Shown here: positions 1 to 17,129 of the stretch, piece by piece
Layout of the letters: each line of letters opens with the position of its first letter
How positions within the stretch are numbered: position 1 is the stretch's first letter
NCBI GenBank assembly: GCA_000004695.1
Contig: CM000152.2
Span: forward strand, 4,672,001 to 4,736,000
Length of the DNA stretch: 64,000 nt
Direction of reading: 5' to 3'
Origin: Dictyostelium discoideum
Lineage: Eukaryota
The notes under the pieces: generated by a model
Told to the model about the DNA's origin: nothing
The model's input: only the letters and a program-made list of their open reading frames with translations
The model's database searches: none
Translations under genes and position numbers: made by a program

Positions 1-1075
1 AAACCATAGAATTCTGTCATATTTTTAATCCATGCTTGGAGTGTTGTTCTAACGAATTGGTTATCTTGATCTAAATCTGGTAAACCTGATAAACGACATT
101 CTTCAACTTGTGGATAATTGGTGAAATCATCAATGGTACAATATTGTGGACATGTAGTACAATTGTGATAATGTTCAACTGAATCAAATGGAACAATGGT
201 TGAATAATCATAATTAACTGGACCAACATGATTTGCAACAACATCTAACATAACCCAAATACCTCTTTCATGACATGCTTTAATCATATTTAATAAATCA
301 TTTTCTGTTCCGAAATATTCATTTACTGTATAAATATCTTGTTGCCAATAACCATGATAACCACCCTAAATAAATAAAATTTAGAATTTTAAAAAATTAA
401 TAATAAAATAATTTAGATATTATCAATATTATTTGAAAAAAAAAAAAATAAAAAATAAAAAAAAAAAAAAAAAATAAAAATAAAAAAAATAAATTTTTTG
501 GATTATGGCGATTTGCGGCATTGTTGGGTCGTTTGGAAAAAAAAAAAAAAAGTGAAAATAATGATAATTTTTTAAATTTTCGTTCAACCCCGAAAGATTT
601 TTTTTTTTTTTTTTTTCAAAATAAATTAAAATTCATAGGCGAAATTTACACCAGGCGTCAACAGGTTTTTTTTTTTTTTTTTTATATGAGGATGAAATGT
701 GAGGTGATTGTTGAGCATTGTTTGACATTTGAGAGAGAGGAAAAAAAAAAAAAATAATAAAATAAAAATATAAATAATAATAAATAAATAAACAAAATAA
801 TAACTTACTGGTGTATTTGTAACAACTGGTGAAATCCAAATTGCATCAAAACCCATACCTTGGATATAATCTAAATGAGCTTCGACACCTTGGAATGTAC
901 CACCACAATAGCCTTGAAGATTACCGCATGGTTGAGAACTATTGACAGTTTGACTGAATCTATCGGTTAAAAGTTGATAAATAGTTCTTGAACCCCATTG
1001 ATCTGGTGTTGCTGCTAATGTTACACTAACAATAGCAATTAAAGCAAAAATTACAACTGAAATTGTTTTATTCAT
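1..1075 (-). CDS. Alpha-amylase (GH13), partial, running off the window start. Exon 1 is 800..1075 with ATG at 1075..1073; the intron is 367..799; exon 2 is 1..366 and continues beyond the window.
   Basis: Exon 1 encodes a signal peptide ([21 protein letters not shown]) followed by [43 protein letters not shown] donor (minus strand) sits right after the P codon. After a TTTAG acceptor, exon 2 reads [12 protein letters not shown]...[15 protein letters not shown]...[11 protein letters not shown], which are GH13 conserved regions I-II, in phase 0. Confidence 0.8.
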
Positions 1076-2331
1076 TGTCTATTATTATTATTTTTTTTTT
1101 TTTTATTTATTTTTTATTTATTTATTTTGGAATTGATTATATAAATAATTTTTTTAAAATACACAAAGAAAAAGAAAAAAATAAAAATACAATTTATTTA
1201 TTTTATCAAACTGTTTTGCAATTGGAATGAAAAAAAAAAAAAAAAAACTAAAATAAAATTTCAAGCAAAGCGAAATTTTGATAAAAAAAAAAAAATAAAA
1301 AAAAATAAAATAAAATAAAATAAAAAAAAAAAAAAAATTAAAATAAAATAAAATAATATAAAAATCAAAATTAAAAATCAATCAGAAATAGTTTTTTTTT
1401 TTTTTTTTTTTCAAATTTTTTTTTTTTTTTTTAATATTTTTTAGTTGAATTGAAAAGAATTATCCAAAAACCTTTCCTATTGTTGCATTGGAGTTTGAAT
1501 TTTTTTTTTTTTTTTTTTTAAAATTTAATATTTTATTTTATTTTATTTTATTTTAAAATTAAAATTTTAAATATCGGAAACTTTTCAAATAAATTAGATT
1601 CCTAAGATCTTGATGGAGATATAAAATTGTTTGGGATTTTATTTTATTTTTTTTCGTGGTGTTTTTTCCAAAATGTATTTGTGTTAATAATTTTAAATTA
1701 ACACTTTTAAAATTGAATAAAAAAAAAAATTCACTTTTTTAAAATTGAATAAAAAAAAAAAACGGAAAGGTTTAAAATATCTTTCGGAGAATTTTGATAA
1801 AAAAATAAAAAATTAAAAAATTAAAAAAACACTTAATGACAACAAGCTTTTCTATGTTTATTTTTTTCCAAAATTTTTTTTTTAAAATAAAAAGTAAATA
1901 AAAACGAAAAAAAAAAGTCTTCCAAAAAAAAAAGGTTTGGCAAATAAAAAAATTCCAACATTAAAGTGGTGAAAATTAATTTTCTATGGCTATACAAGTT
2001 GTTCCCTTTTTTTTATTAATTAAATTTGTGGGGTTTTATTACAAAAAAAAAAAAATAAAAAAACAAAAAAATCGCATTTTCTGTTTATTATTACATATTC
2101 ATTCTGTTATTAAAATTATTACTTTTTTATTTATTTATTTTATTTTTTATTTTAATTAATGAGAAAAAAATTTATTTAATTTAATTATTTACAATTCATT
2201 TGTTAATTAAATTTAATTATTTAATTAAGAAAAACGAGCAGGGATTATATTTTAAATAAGAAAATAGATTTTTTTTTAAAAAAAAAAAAAAATTGTCAAA
2301 TTTGAATAAATAAATAAATAAATAAGTAAAT

Positions 2332-2446
2332 CAAATAAATGAACTAAATCTTGACTTTTGAAAAAAAAAAAAAAAAAAAATAAAAATAAAATGAAATTAT
2401 TTAGAACTTTTTTTTTTCAGAAGTCAAGATTTAATTCATTTATTTG
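2332..2446. repeat. Inverted repeat: 29-bp arms (27/29 match) around a 57-nt pure A/T spacer.
   Basis: Left arm CAAATAAATGAACTAAATCTTGACTTTTG (2332..2360). The reverse complement of the right arm (2418..2446) is CAAATAAATGAATTAAATCTTGACTTCTG. It sits about 400 bp upstream of the YIPF gene ATG. Confidence 0.75.
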
Positions 2447-2602
2447 GATAAAATTAATAATTAAATTTTTTTTTTTGGTTCACTTAGTTTTAACTTTAAA
2501 AAAGTAATCAAACTTATTTTTTTTTTTTCTTTTTATATAAATTGCTGATGTGTTAAAATAAAAAAAAAAAAAATAAAAAAAATAAAAAAAAATAAAAATT
2601 CA

Positions 2603-2639
<37 letters not shown>

Positions 2640-2841
2640 TTATTTTTTATATTTTTTTTTTTTTTTAATTTATCACAGCGCTGAATACATATATTTATTT
2701 ATTTATTTTTTTTTTAAAGAATAAAAAAACAATAGTTTGTATAGAAGCATATTAAAAAATAAATAAAATTCAAAAATAGTAATAATAAAGTGTATATAGA
2801 ATAAATAAAAAAAAAAAAAAAGATAATAAGAATAATAAACA

Positions 2842-3047
2842 ATGAGCAATTATAATAACAAACATCATGACGATGGTAATCCATTTTATAATGAACCAAT
2901 TAATACATCACCAACTCAACAACAACAACAACAACAACAAAATTTATTCCCAAATACAAATATAGACTATAACGATTATACACAAAATAGAGGTCAACAA
3001 CAACAGCAGCAACCAGCTTACCAACCAGACTTACAATTCCAAAGTAA

Positions 3048-3080
<33 letters not shown>

Positions 3081-3648
3081 ATTTTTTATTTTTTATTTTT
3101 TTATTTTTTTATATTTATTAATATTATTTTATTTTCAAAAATTATCAAATAATTATGTCAACAGGTTTTTCACATGATGTTGATGTAAATTCAAATACTT
3201 CACCAAATAATAATAATAATAATAATAGTAATAATAATAATAGTAATAAAATCGGTGGAAATAGTAGTAATAATAAATTTTCAGATAATGTTCCATTAAA
3301 TACTAATGAAGATGGTACAGAAAAGAAATATAGTTTTTATGAGGTACCATATTATAGATTCCTTTTCAATGTTGATACAAAAGAGGTTGGTCTTCGTTTA
3401 ATTAGATCAATGTTACCAATTAAATTTTCATTTTTCAATCTCATCAGGGAAAATCCTGATTTATATGGTCCATTTTGGGTTTTAACTTCTTTAGTTTTCA
3501 TTGTTGCTGTTACTTCAAATTTAAATGAATATTTTCATTCAAGTGATCATAAAAGTATGTAGTTATTAAATATATAAAATAAATGATTAATTAAATATTT
3601 ACTAATAATAATAATAATAATTTAAATTATTATAAAAATAAAAATAAA

Positions 3649-3718
<70 letters not shown>

Positions 3719-4185
3719 TAATAATAATAATAGGTTGGGAAGTTGATATTCAAAAGATTGTTTATAGTGCAATTACAATTTATGGTTATTCATTTGTAAT
3801 TCCATTAATTTTATGGGGTATATTTAAATGGATGAATCTTGGACTTAGATTATTGGATATGTTATGTATCTATGGTTATACATTATTTATTTTCGTTCCA
3901 GCATCAATTCTTTGTGTAATTCCACTTCAATTAGTTCAATGGATTATTGTAGCAATTGCATCAATTGTTTCTGGTTTGTTTTTGGTAACAAATATCTTTA
4001 CACCTTTGAAAGAGGATTTCACAAAAAGAGGTTTAATCATTTGCGCTGTAATTGGTGCATTACATATAGGTTTAGCTTTAGTATTAAAACTTTATTTCTT
4101 TGCAAATAGTACTGAAAACTTTACAATCTCTGATAGTTCTTCAACACCAACTCCAACTCCAACTAATACCACTAAATTATTATAA
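2842..4185 (+). CDS. Yip1-domain family protein (YIPF1/YIPF2-like). Three exons: 2842..3043, 3165..3554, 3734..4185.
   Basis: Exon 2 contains FYEVPYYRFLFNVDTKEV and RENPDLYGPFWVLTSLVFIVAVTSNLNEY, which match human YIPF1 (FEYYQTFFDVDTYQV, RSNPDLYGPFWICATLVF). Exon 3 is multi-TM (IYGYTLFIFVPASILCVIPLQ...). Both introns are phase 1 and both junctions reconstitute an AGT (Ser) codon. Donors are AAgtaatt and AAAAgtatgt; acceptors are caacag and aataatag. Intron 2 contains an (AAT)n array. Confidence 0.75.
3649..3731. repeat. (AAT)n microsatellite in YIPF gene intron 2.
   Basis: Near-perfect trinucleotide array ending at the AATAATAG acceptor. Confidence 0.9.
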
Positions 4186-4226
4186 ATAATAATAATAAAT
4201 TAACATTAATAATAATAATATCTCAT

Positions 4227-4273
<47 letters not shown>

Positions 4274-4318
4274 AAATGATAATAATTTTTAATATATATA
4301 TATGTTTATTTATTTAAT

Positions 4319-5638
4319 TTATAATAATTTGTTTTTAAAAGATTGTTCTAATTCATTTTGATTTAATGATTCACCAATTAAAACGATTTTATTATGTCTT
4401 TTTTCATCTTTAGACCAAAGTAAACCAGAGGGTAAAACTTCAAAAGTTGCATAAACACCTTGTAATATATATTTTTCATCTTGACCTTTAACAGAGATTA
4501 AACCTTTACATCTAAATATACAATCTTTCTTTTCTTCCCATAATAAATTACCAATCCATCTATTGAATTCTGTTAAATCTATATCACCATCTTCTGTTAT
4601 ACAAACTGTATTTATAAATTTACTATGATTACTAGTATTTGTTAATGAACATTCTTTACAAGATGATGATTCTTCATTATTATTATGTTGATGTTGATGT
4701 TGATTATTACTATTTTGACCTTTTTGAAATTGATCTAAATACTCTTTTAATAATTCGATATTTGGATTATAAGCTTTAACATCTAAAACTTTATCTAATG
4801 GAACAACTGATCTTTCAGTTGTAATAATCTTTGCTATTGGATTAATTGATTTAATCCTTTCTGTAATGGTTTTAATTTCATTATTTAAATTTGATTGATC
4901 CAATAAATCAATCTTATTTAATAAAATAATATCAGCAAATGCAATTTGTCTTTCAACTTCTGTTGAATAATATTTAATATCTGTACCATGAATTTCAATA
5001 TCTTCATCATCCACTTTTTTATTATTATTGTTGTTGGCATTACTATTTAATTTTGATTTTTCAATATGTTTTTCAATATGTTTTGAATCAACTAATGTTA
5101 TAATACTATCGAAATAAATTGGAGACTCTAATTCTTCATCTACCCAAAGTGATGCTGAAATTTGACCAGGATCACCCATACCTGTAGATTCAATTAATAT
5201 ATAATCAAATTTATCTGATCTTTTTAGGAGATCTTCTATTGATTGTAAGAAATCATCCTTTACAGTACAACAAATACAACCATTTGGAAATTCTAACCAT
5301 TCTTGAATCTTTTCACCATTGGAATCCACAATCATTGCTGTTTCAATACCAATCGATTGTCCATACTCATTTTGAATTACTGCTATTTTTTTACCATGAT
5401 TTTCATTTAAAATATAATTTAAAAATGTTGTCTTTTTATTATTATTATTTTTATTATTTATTTATTTTTATTTCAAAATAAATATAATATTAATATAAAT
5501 ATAAATATTATTTCCTTTTTTTTTTTTATTTATTTGTTTTTTTTATGTATTCATAATTACCTTTCCAGAACCTAAAAATCCTGTAATTAATGTTACTGGT
5601 ACTTTTTTATTTATATTTGAATTTGTAACTTCTGTCAT
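4319..5638 (-). CDS. CobW/COG0523-family GTPase (CBWD/ZNG1-like metallochaperone). Two exons: 5561..5638 and 4319..5431.
   Basis: Exon 1 reads MTEVTNSNINKKVPVTLITGFLGSGK (P-loop), followed by a GTAATT donor. Exon 2 follows an AAAAAG acceptor and starts TTFLNYILNENHGKKIAVIQNEYG, then continues through the CobW C-terminal domain (CICCTVKDD, ESTGMGDP). Frame and length are consistent (1113 nt, 371 codons). Confidence 0.8.
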
Positions 5639-5791
5639 TTTCTGGTTTTGTTTTAAAATAAAATAAAAAAATAAATAAATTTTCAAAAAAAAAAAATAAA
5701 AAAAATAAAAAAAAAATAAAAAAAAATAAAAAAAAAAATGAAACATTAATGTTTTTACAAATAAAAAAAAGAAAGTGAAAATAGGAAATTT

Positions 5792-11134
<5,343 letters not shown>

Positions 11135-11182
11135 TTTTAGTAAAAAAAAAAAACTATTGAATAAAGACTATTTTTAATTATT

Positions 11183-11218
<36 letters not shown>

Positions 11219-11402
11219 GATTTTGATCAAAAAAAAAAAAGATTCTTAAAATTTTACCAAAAAAAAAAAAAAAAAAATAAAAAAAAATAAAATAAAATAA
11301 AATAAAAAAAAGGTTTAAGTTTCTAGGTGGATTCTTCATAATAAAAAGGTTTAAGTTTCTAGATTTTAAAATTCCTCAAACAAAACTTAAAATTTTAAGC
11401 CT

Positions 11403-11434
<32 letters not shown>

Positions 11435-11599
11435 TTAAAATAATTTTTTTTTTTTTTTATGAATTAATTTTTTTTTTATAAATAAATTTCGATTATTGCC
11501 CTTCTGCCAACTCATTTGTTACTGTTAGTTGTTATGATTCCGTTTAAAAATCTTTTGATGAAAAATTCAGCATCAGATTGATTTGCTCCTTTTTTAACA

Positions 11600-12420
11600 G
11601 TTTTGTTTTTGTATTTGATTGAAATGCATTGGTGGAACATCAACAATTCCAACAGATGTTGACGGTGAATACAATTTCAATGATTAATGACTTGTTTAAT
11701 GTTTTAGTTATTATTGTATCAAACAGTACAGATAATCTATTTGTCAATGATGGTAAATATTGTTTAACATTCACTGAGCCACAACCAATTGATAGAACTG
11801 ATTTCAATACAGGTTTTATATCAACTCCCAATACTTGCCAATACGTTTGGGTCAATAAAAATGACAATGGTAAGTAAGAATCAGATGAACCATGGTTATT
11901 ATTACAACTACAACTACTACAGCAACAGCAACAACTACAACAGCGACTACAGCAACAACAACAGCGACAACAACAACAGCGACAGATTATTTAACTTCAC
12001 AAACTCTATTTTAATAATGCTCAAACCCAAACCAGTTACTAAATAAGAGATAGGTTATGTATTCAATAGAAATTTAACTTTAGATGACAACAATTGGAAA
12101 GAATAGTAATGGTAATATTAATAGTAATAGCGTTAATAAGTAACAACAGCAACTAATAATAATAATAACCACAACAAATTCTATTTACAATATAATCAAA
12201 TCGGGCAACCAATGGAAATGTGTTATTTTGTGACTTTAAATCATCTATCAACTAAACTTTGTGGTGTGAATTAGTTTCAAAAGTACTTTTACTTATTAAT
12301 AAATAACCAAATTAGTAGTCGTTGTAATAGTGGTATTTTAGCAAAACTAAAAGTAAATAATCCATTAATTAAAAATAATAAACAAGTCATCTTAATAATA
12401 TGTATATTGACCAACAACAA
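11600..12420 (+). repeat. Repeat island A: non-AT-rich, coding-like but stop-ridden sequence homologous to island B. It contains a degenerate 82-aa ORF, a GGTAAGTAAG donor-like site and CAA/CAG tracts.
   Basis: See island B. This is an abrupt composition island inside ~90% AT intergenic DNA upstream of the FNIP-pseudokinase gene. No intact ORF or recognisable transposon protein. Confidence 0.35.
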
Positions 12421-12570
12421 AAAAAAAAAAAAATTATAAAAAATAAAGATTTTTTTTTTTTTTATATAAACTGTTTATAAACCACCATTAAAATTGTGGG
12501 TTTATATAAAATAAACTAATTGATTTGGTTTCTGTTTATGAAATAATGATAATTCCTTTATTACACTTAA

Positions 12571-12930
12571 AATAGAAAATTTCCAATAGTAAAGTTTTTT
12601 GGTACTGATGATCCACTGGTGCCCAAACCATTTATAGATTTACATATAAAACTTTTTAAACCAAATATAATTTATATGTGTAAAGGTGCTGGTCATTCTA
12701 TACATGTTGAAGATCCTGAAAGATTTAATAAACTATCAATGGAATTCATTGATTCTGCAAATCATTATAAATCAGATACAATTGATTCAAAAGAAAAAAA
12801 TCAATTTTTTGTAACAAAATTTTTACAGTATAATGCTAACCATATAATACCATCATCAGGTAACCCATTCCCATTAAAAAATTCAAGATTATTTTCATTT
12901 TTACCAAAAATAATTAATTATTTAAAATAA
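12571..12930 (+). pseudogene. Orphan C-terminal fragment of an alpha/beta-hydrolase fold protein (catalytic-His region). No upstream exons could be found.
   Basis: Open frame KFFGTDDPLVPKPFIDLHIKLFKPNIIYMCKGAGHSIHVEDPERFNKLSMEFI matches the abhydrolase C-terminus (GTDD..VP...AGH...E.P..F). The 1 kb upstream has no GxSxG exon and is full of stops. It lies next to repeat island A. Confidence 0.3.
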
Positions 12931-13429
12931 TAAAAAAATAATTAAAATTATTAATAATAAATTTTGGATTTTGTTTTATTGATTTATAATTAATTTATTT
13001 TTAAGTATTTATATTAGAATATATTCTTATTTTTATTTTTTTTTATTATATATAAATACTATTATTTATCTTTATTTCCAATTACCAATCAAAATTTATT
13101 TAATTACATAAAAAATTAAAATTATCTGTTTGTGTGCTAAATAACCACAAAAAAATAAAAAAATGAAAAAAGGCTTCAGAAAAATTGGTTTACTCGCTTG
13201 GATTATTTAAAAATGCTTTTAAAAATCTAAAAGATTTTATTTTTGGTAATCCTACATTTAAACTTGAAATTAAAAATAATTAAAAAAATAAAATAGAACA
13301 AATGTAATTGTAGAAAATAAAAATAACTGAAGAAACAAAAAGAGTTGGGAAAAAATAAAAAAAAAAAAAAATTAAAAAATAAAAAAAAAAAAAAAATAAA
13401 AAAATCTTTTTTTTTTTTCAGTTAAGAAA

Positions 13430-14592
13430 ATGCAAACAACAAACACACAAACACCACCACTACCACAAAGTATTGACGAGATTAAATCTAAATCTTATCA
13501 TTCTAGTGAATTAGATATACTTGGATGTAAACATTATGCAAGAAATTGTAAAATTAAAGCAGCATGTTGTGGTAGAATTTATGTTTGTAGATTATGTCAT
13601 GCTGATGATCCAGTAAATTTTAAACATGAAATAAACAGACATGCAACCAAAGAAGTTTTATGTATGTTTTGTCAAACATTACAACCAGTTAGTAAACAAT
13701 GTATAAACAATGATTGTAATAAAGAATTTGCAAGATACTTTTGCGATGTTTGTAAATTCTATGATGATTCTCCAACTAAAAAAATTTATCATTGTGATAA
13801 ATGTGGTATTTGTAGAGTTGGTTCACGTGATGATTATATTCATTGTAAGTGTGTTTTAAAAAATAAACATTTATTTATATTTATAATTTAAAATAATTAT
13901 AATAACCAATTAATAAATTCATACTTATCTATTATAAAGGTGATAAATGTAATGGTTGTTTAAATAAAAGTGGTTTTAATTCACATAAATGTATTGAAAA
14001 TAAATTTTCAAATTGTCCAATTTGTATGGAAGATTTATTTAGTAGTCGTGAACCATCAACACCATTTGATTGTGGACATATGATCCATAGTTCATGTTAT
14101 AATGATTTCATTAAATCTGGTTCTTTTAAATGCCCAATTTGTAAAAAGTATTATAATATTTTTATTTTATTTTATTTATTTCTTTTATTTTATTATTTAT
14201 TTTATTTATTAACTTTCTATTTAAATAGATCTATAGGTAAAATGCATTGGAAACATACAGATAATATAATAAAAAGAAGTAAAATGCCTGAAATGTATAG
14301 TGGTAGTACTGTTTCAATTTTATGTAATGATTGCCAAGAGAAATGTGTTGATCAACCATTTCATTTCATTGGTACAAAATGTACCTCTTGTGGTAGTTAT
14401 AATACAACAATCACTTCAAAAAATATAATAATTGATGAGACAAAAGATTCAAGTTTCACTGTTGTTGAAGATGCTGAAGAAGATGAAGAAGATGAAGAAG
14501 AAGAAGATGAAGAAGGTGAAAGATTGGGTGAGGATGAAGAAGTTGTTGAAGGCGATAACGATGAAGATGATGATGAAGAAGTCGTTGAAGAA

Positions 14593-14631
<39 letters not shown>

Positions 14632-14634
14632 TAA
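13430..14634 (+). CDS. RING finger and CHY zinc finger protein (RCHY1/Pirh2 E3 ligase homolog). Three exons: 13430..13844, 13940..14147, 14229..14634.
   Basis: Contains CHY and CTCHY Cys/His arrays (CKHYARNCKIKAACCGRIYVCRLCH...CDKCGICRVG), a RING-H2 (NCPICMEDLF...CGHMIHSSCY...CPICKK) and a zinc ribbon (ILCNDCQEK...CTSCGSYNT). Donors are Tgtaagt (phase 1, reconstitutes TGT Cys) and AAgtatta (phase 2, gives AAA Lys). The junction CPICKK|SIGKM matches Pirh2 CPICSKSLGDM. Confidence 0.8.
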
Positions 14635-14749
14635 AGAAAATAAATAAATAAAATCAAAGATTGTAAATAAAAGTTTTTTTTTTTTTTTTTTTTTTTTTAT
14701 ATTTTTTTTTTTTTTTTTTTTTTTTATTTATATATCAAATTCAATAAAT

Positions 14750-15178
14750 TTATTGTTTGGAATCGAAACTGACTAAATCTGGGATATCATCAGTGTTGGC
14801 ATTTTTAGCAGCGCTGAAAGCATCGGCCATCTTTTTAATTTGGTTGAGGTTTTCGGCACCGAGTTGAGCAATAACGTGTGGGATTGAAGCCATTGGTTTG
14901 GTTTCGTTTTTACCAGAGATGACAAAAGTTTTGCTGGCAGTTTGGACTGATGGGTTTTTGAAGTGGATGATGTTACCGTCAGCTTTGAAGAAATTGGCTT
15001 CTTCGACTGCACCAATTGGTTTGACACCGAGGTTAGCTAATTTAACGTGGAGTTTTTTGTCATCAACAGAGGTGGTGCTCTTGTGGGTGACTTGTTGCTT
15101 TCTACGCATGGAACCTTTACCACCAGTACGTACTCTTTCTTCAGCTAATTTGTTTAATCTTGCAATTTCGGCGTCCAT
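14750..15178 (-). CDS. btf3: BTF3 / nascent polypeptide-associated complex beta subunit.
   Basis: The 142-aa protein [34 protein letters not shown]...NPSVQTAS...QLGAENL aligns along its whole length with human BTF3/NACB. Codon usage is low-AT and looks highly expressed. Single exon. Coordinates are taken from the ORF track. Confidence 0.85.
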
Positions 15179-15453
15179 CTAATTATTCATATTTTTTTAA
15201 AATTATTTAATTAATATCATTATTATTGGGTCATTTTTTTTAAAAAATAAAAAAATAAAAAAATAAAAAAAAAAAAAAGAGATTCATTATTTTTTTGTAT
15301 TTATAAATTGATTTTATTCGTGGTTGTTTGTTGTTTATTTTGTATTTTTTAAAAAAAAAAAAAAAAAAAAAAATAATAATAATAATAATTAAAAAAAAAG
15401 AAAAATAAATTATTTTTATAAAATTGATTAAAATCTTATGATTGATTATTTTT

Positions 15454-15497
<44 letters not shown>

Positions 15498-15592
15498 TTT
15501 TATTTTTATTATTTTTCTTCCTATTTATTTTTAGCCTTGAAAACCATACTATTTTATATTAAATTATTAGTTATTAAAGTATTGTGCGTAGA

Positions 15593-15624
<32 letters not shown>

Positions 15625-17129
15625 TTATTTTTTTTTTTTTATTCATCGATACACATAAAAGATCTTTCCCCTATGACCATTTTTTTTTTATTTCTATTTT
15701 ATTTTTTGTTTATTAAAATTGAAAATAAAAATATTATAATATTATTTTTGATATGATTATATTCGATTTATGAAAATATGTATATAATTCTATGTATGAA
15801 AATAATGATAAAACAACAAAAAAAAAAAACGAAAGAGACGAAGTAAAAAAAAAAAAATAATAAGAAAATATACCTTTGTGTGAGTGTGTGAATTGTATAT
15901 AAAAAATTGGTTTTAAAATTTTTTTTTTTTTTGAAAATGAAAAAAAAAAAATTTACGACAAAAAAAAAAAAAATAAAAAAATAAAAAAAAAAATAAAAAT
16001 TGAAATTTTTGAAAGTTCACTTTTTTTTTTAACTCCATCATTTGATCAAATAATCAAAAATAAATAAAAAAAAAACAAAAAAAAATAATGAAAACAATTA
16101 AAATAAAAATATATAAATTACCTTTCTTTTAATAATTTATTTAGACTCATAATTTTTTTCTTCTTTTTTTTTTTTTTTGGTTTAAAAATTAAATTTTAAA
16201 AAAAAGGGTTGGTTTCAGAAAAAATAAAAAAATTTAAAAGAAAAAAAATGTGCGAAGATTTTCATTGTTGATTATCGTTAATAGATCTTTTTTTTATTTA
16301 TTTGACCAAAATCTAATTTATAAAACATCAATTTTGTGAGAAAATTATGTAGTTCAAAATTTAATTTAATAAAAAATAAATGAATAAACAAATAAAAATT
16401 ACAAATATGATCGTATATTTTTTATTAAATTAAATTTTGAACTAAAAAAAAATCATATATTTTTCTTTTTTCTCGCCTATAAATAGAAATTTTTCTTTTT
16501 TCTTTTTCTTGCAGTAACAAAAAAAAAAAAAAAAAAAGTAATAATTATAAACATATAAAGATGGTTTGCTAAAAAAATAAAAAAAATATAAATATAAATA
16601 TAAATATAAATATAAAAAGGTCCTTTTGTTTAATTATTTTATTTGTAAATTTTTTTTTTTTTTTTTTTTTTTGAACAGTTTTTGTGTTGGGAAAAATGAA
16701 ATTGTTTTTCGAATTTCTCGTCTGAAATTTCAAATCCAGCACTTTTTTTTTTTTTTTTTTTTCTTTTCAAATTCGTTATTATTTGCCAAATAATTAAAAA
16801 AAAAAAAATAATAAATAAATAAAAAAAAAAAATAAATAAATAAATTAATTAATAAACAAAAATTTTATAAATAAAAATAATAAAATTTTCAATGTTAAAT
16901 AAGATAACACACAAATTATTACTTTAAACATAAAAAATATCTTTTTTTTTTTTTTTTTTTTTTTTAATTTTTTTTTTTTTTTTATTTTTTATTTTTTTTT
17001 TTTTTTTTTTTTTAATTCACTCATAATTTTTTTTTATTTTTTATTTTTTATTTTTTTTTAACGAACACTTTCAAAAGCTTGTTGGAAAAAAAAATAAAAA
17101 AACAACAACATTGTTCACTTTATTATATT

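Noticed and set aside
521-757. 78-aa ORF inside the alpha-amylase intron, and similar AT-desert ORFs (1154..1381, 2714..2899, 5239..5481, 20233..20514, 24076..24285, 33624..33806, 52830..53127, 57248..57436)
   Set aside because: Poly-F/K/I translations of homopolymer runs in intergenic or intron DNA. No start context and no composition shift.
11629-11877. ORF 11629..11877 (82 aa) and antisense ORF 11640..11867 as real genes
   Set aside because: It starts at TTG, has a stop 3 codons upstream, has no recognisable domain and lies in a stop-ridden island with a homolog elsewhere in the window that is even more degraded. It is treated as part of repeat island A rather than as a gene.
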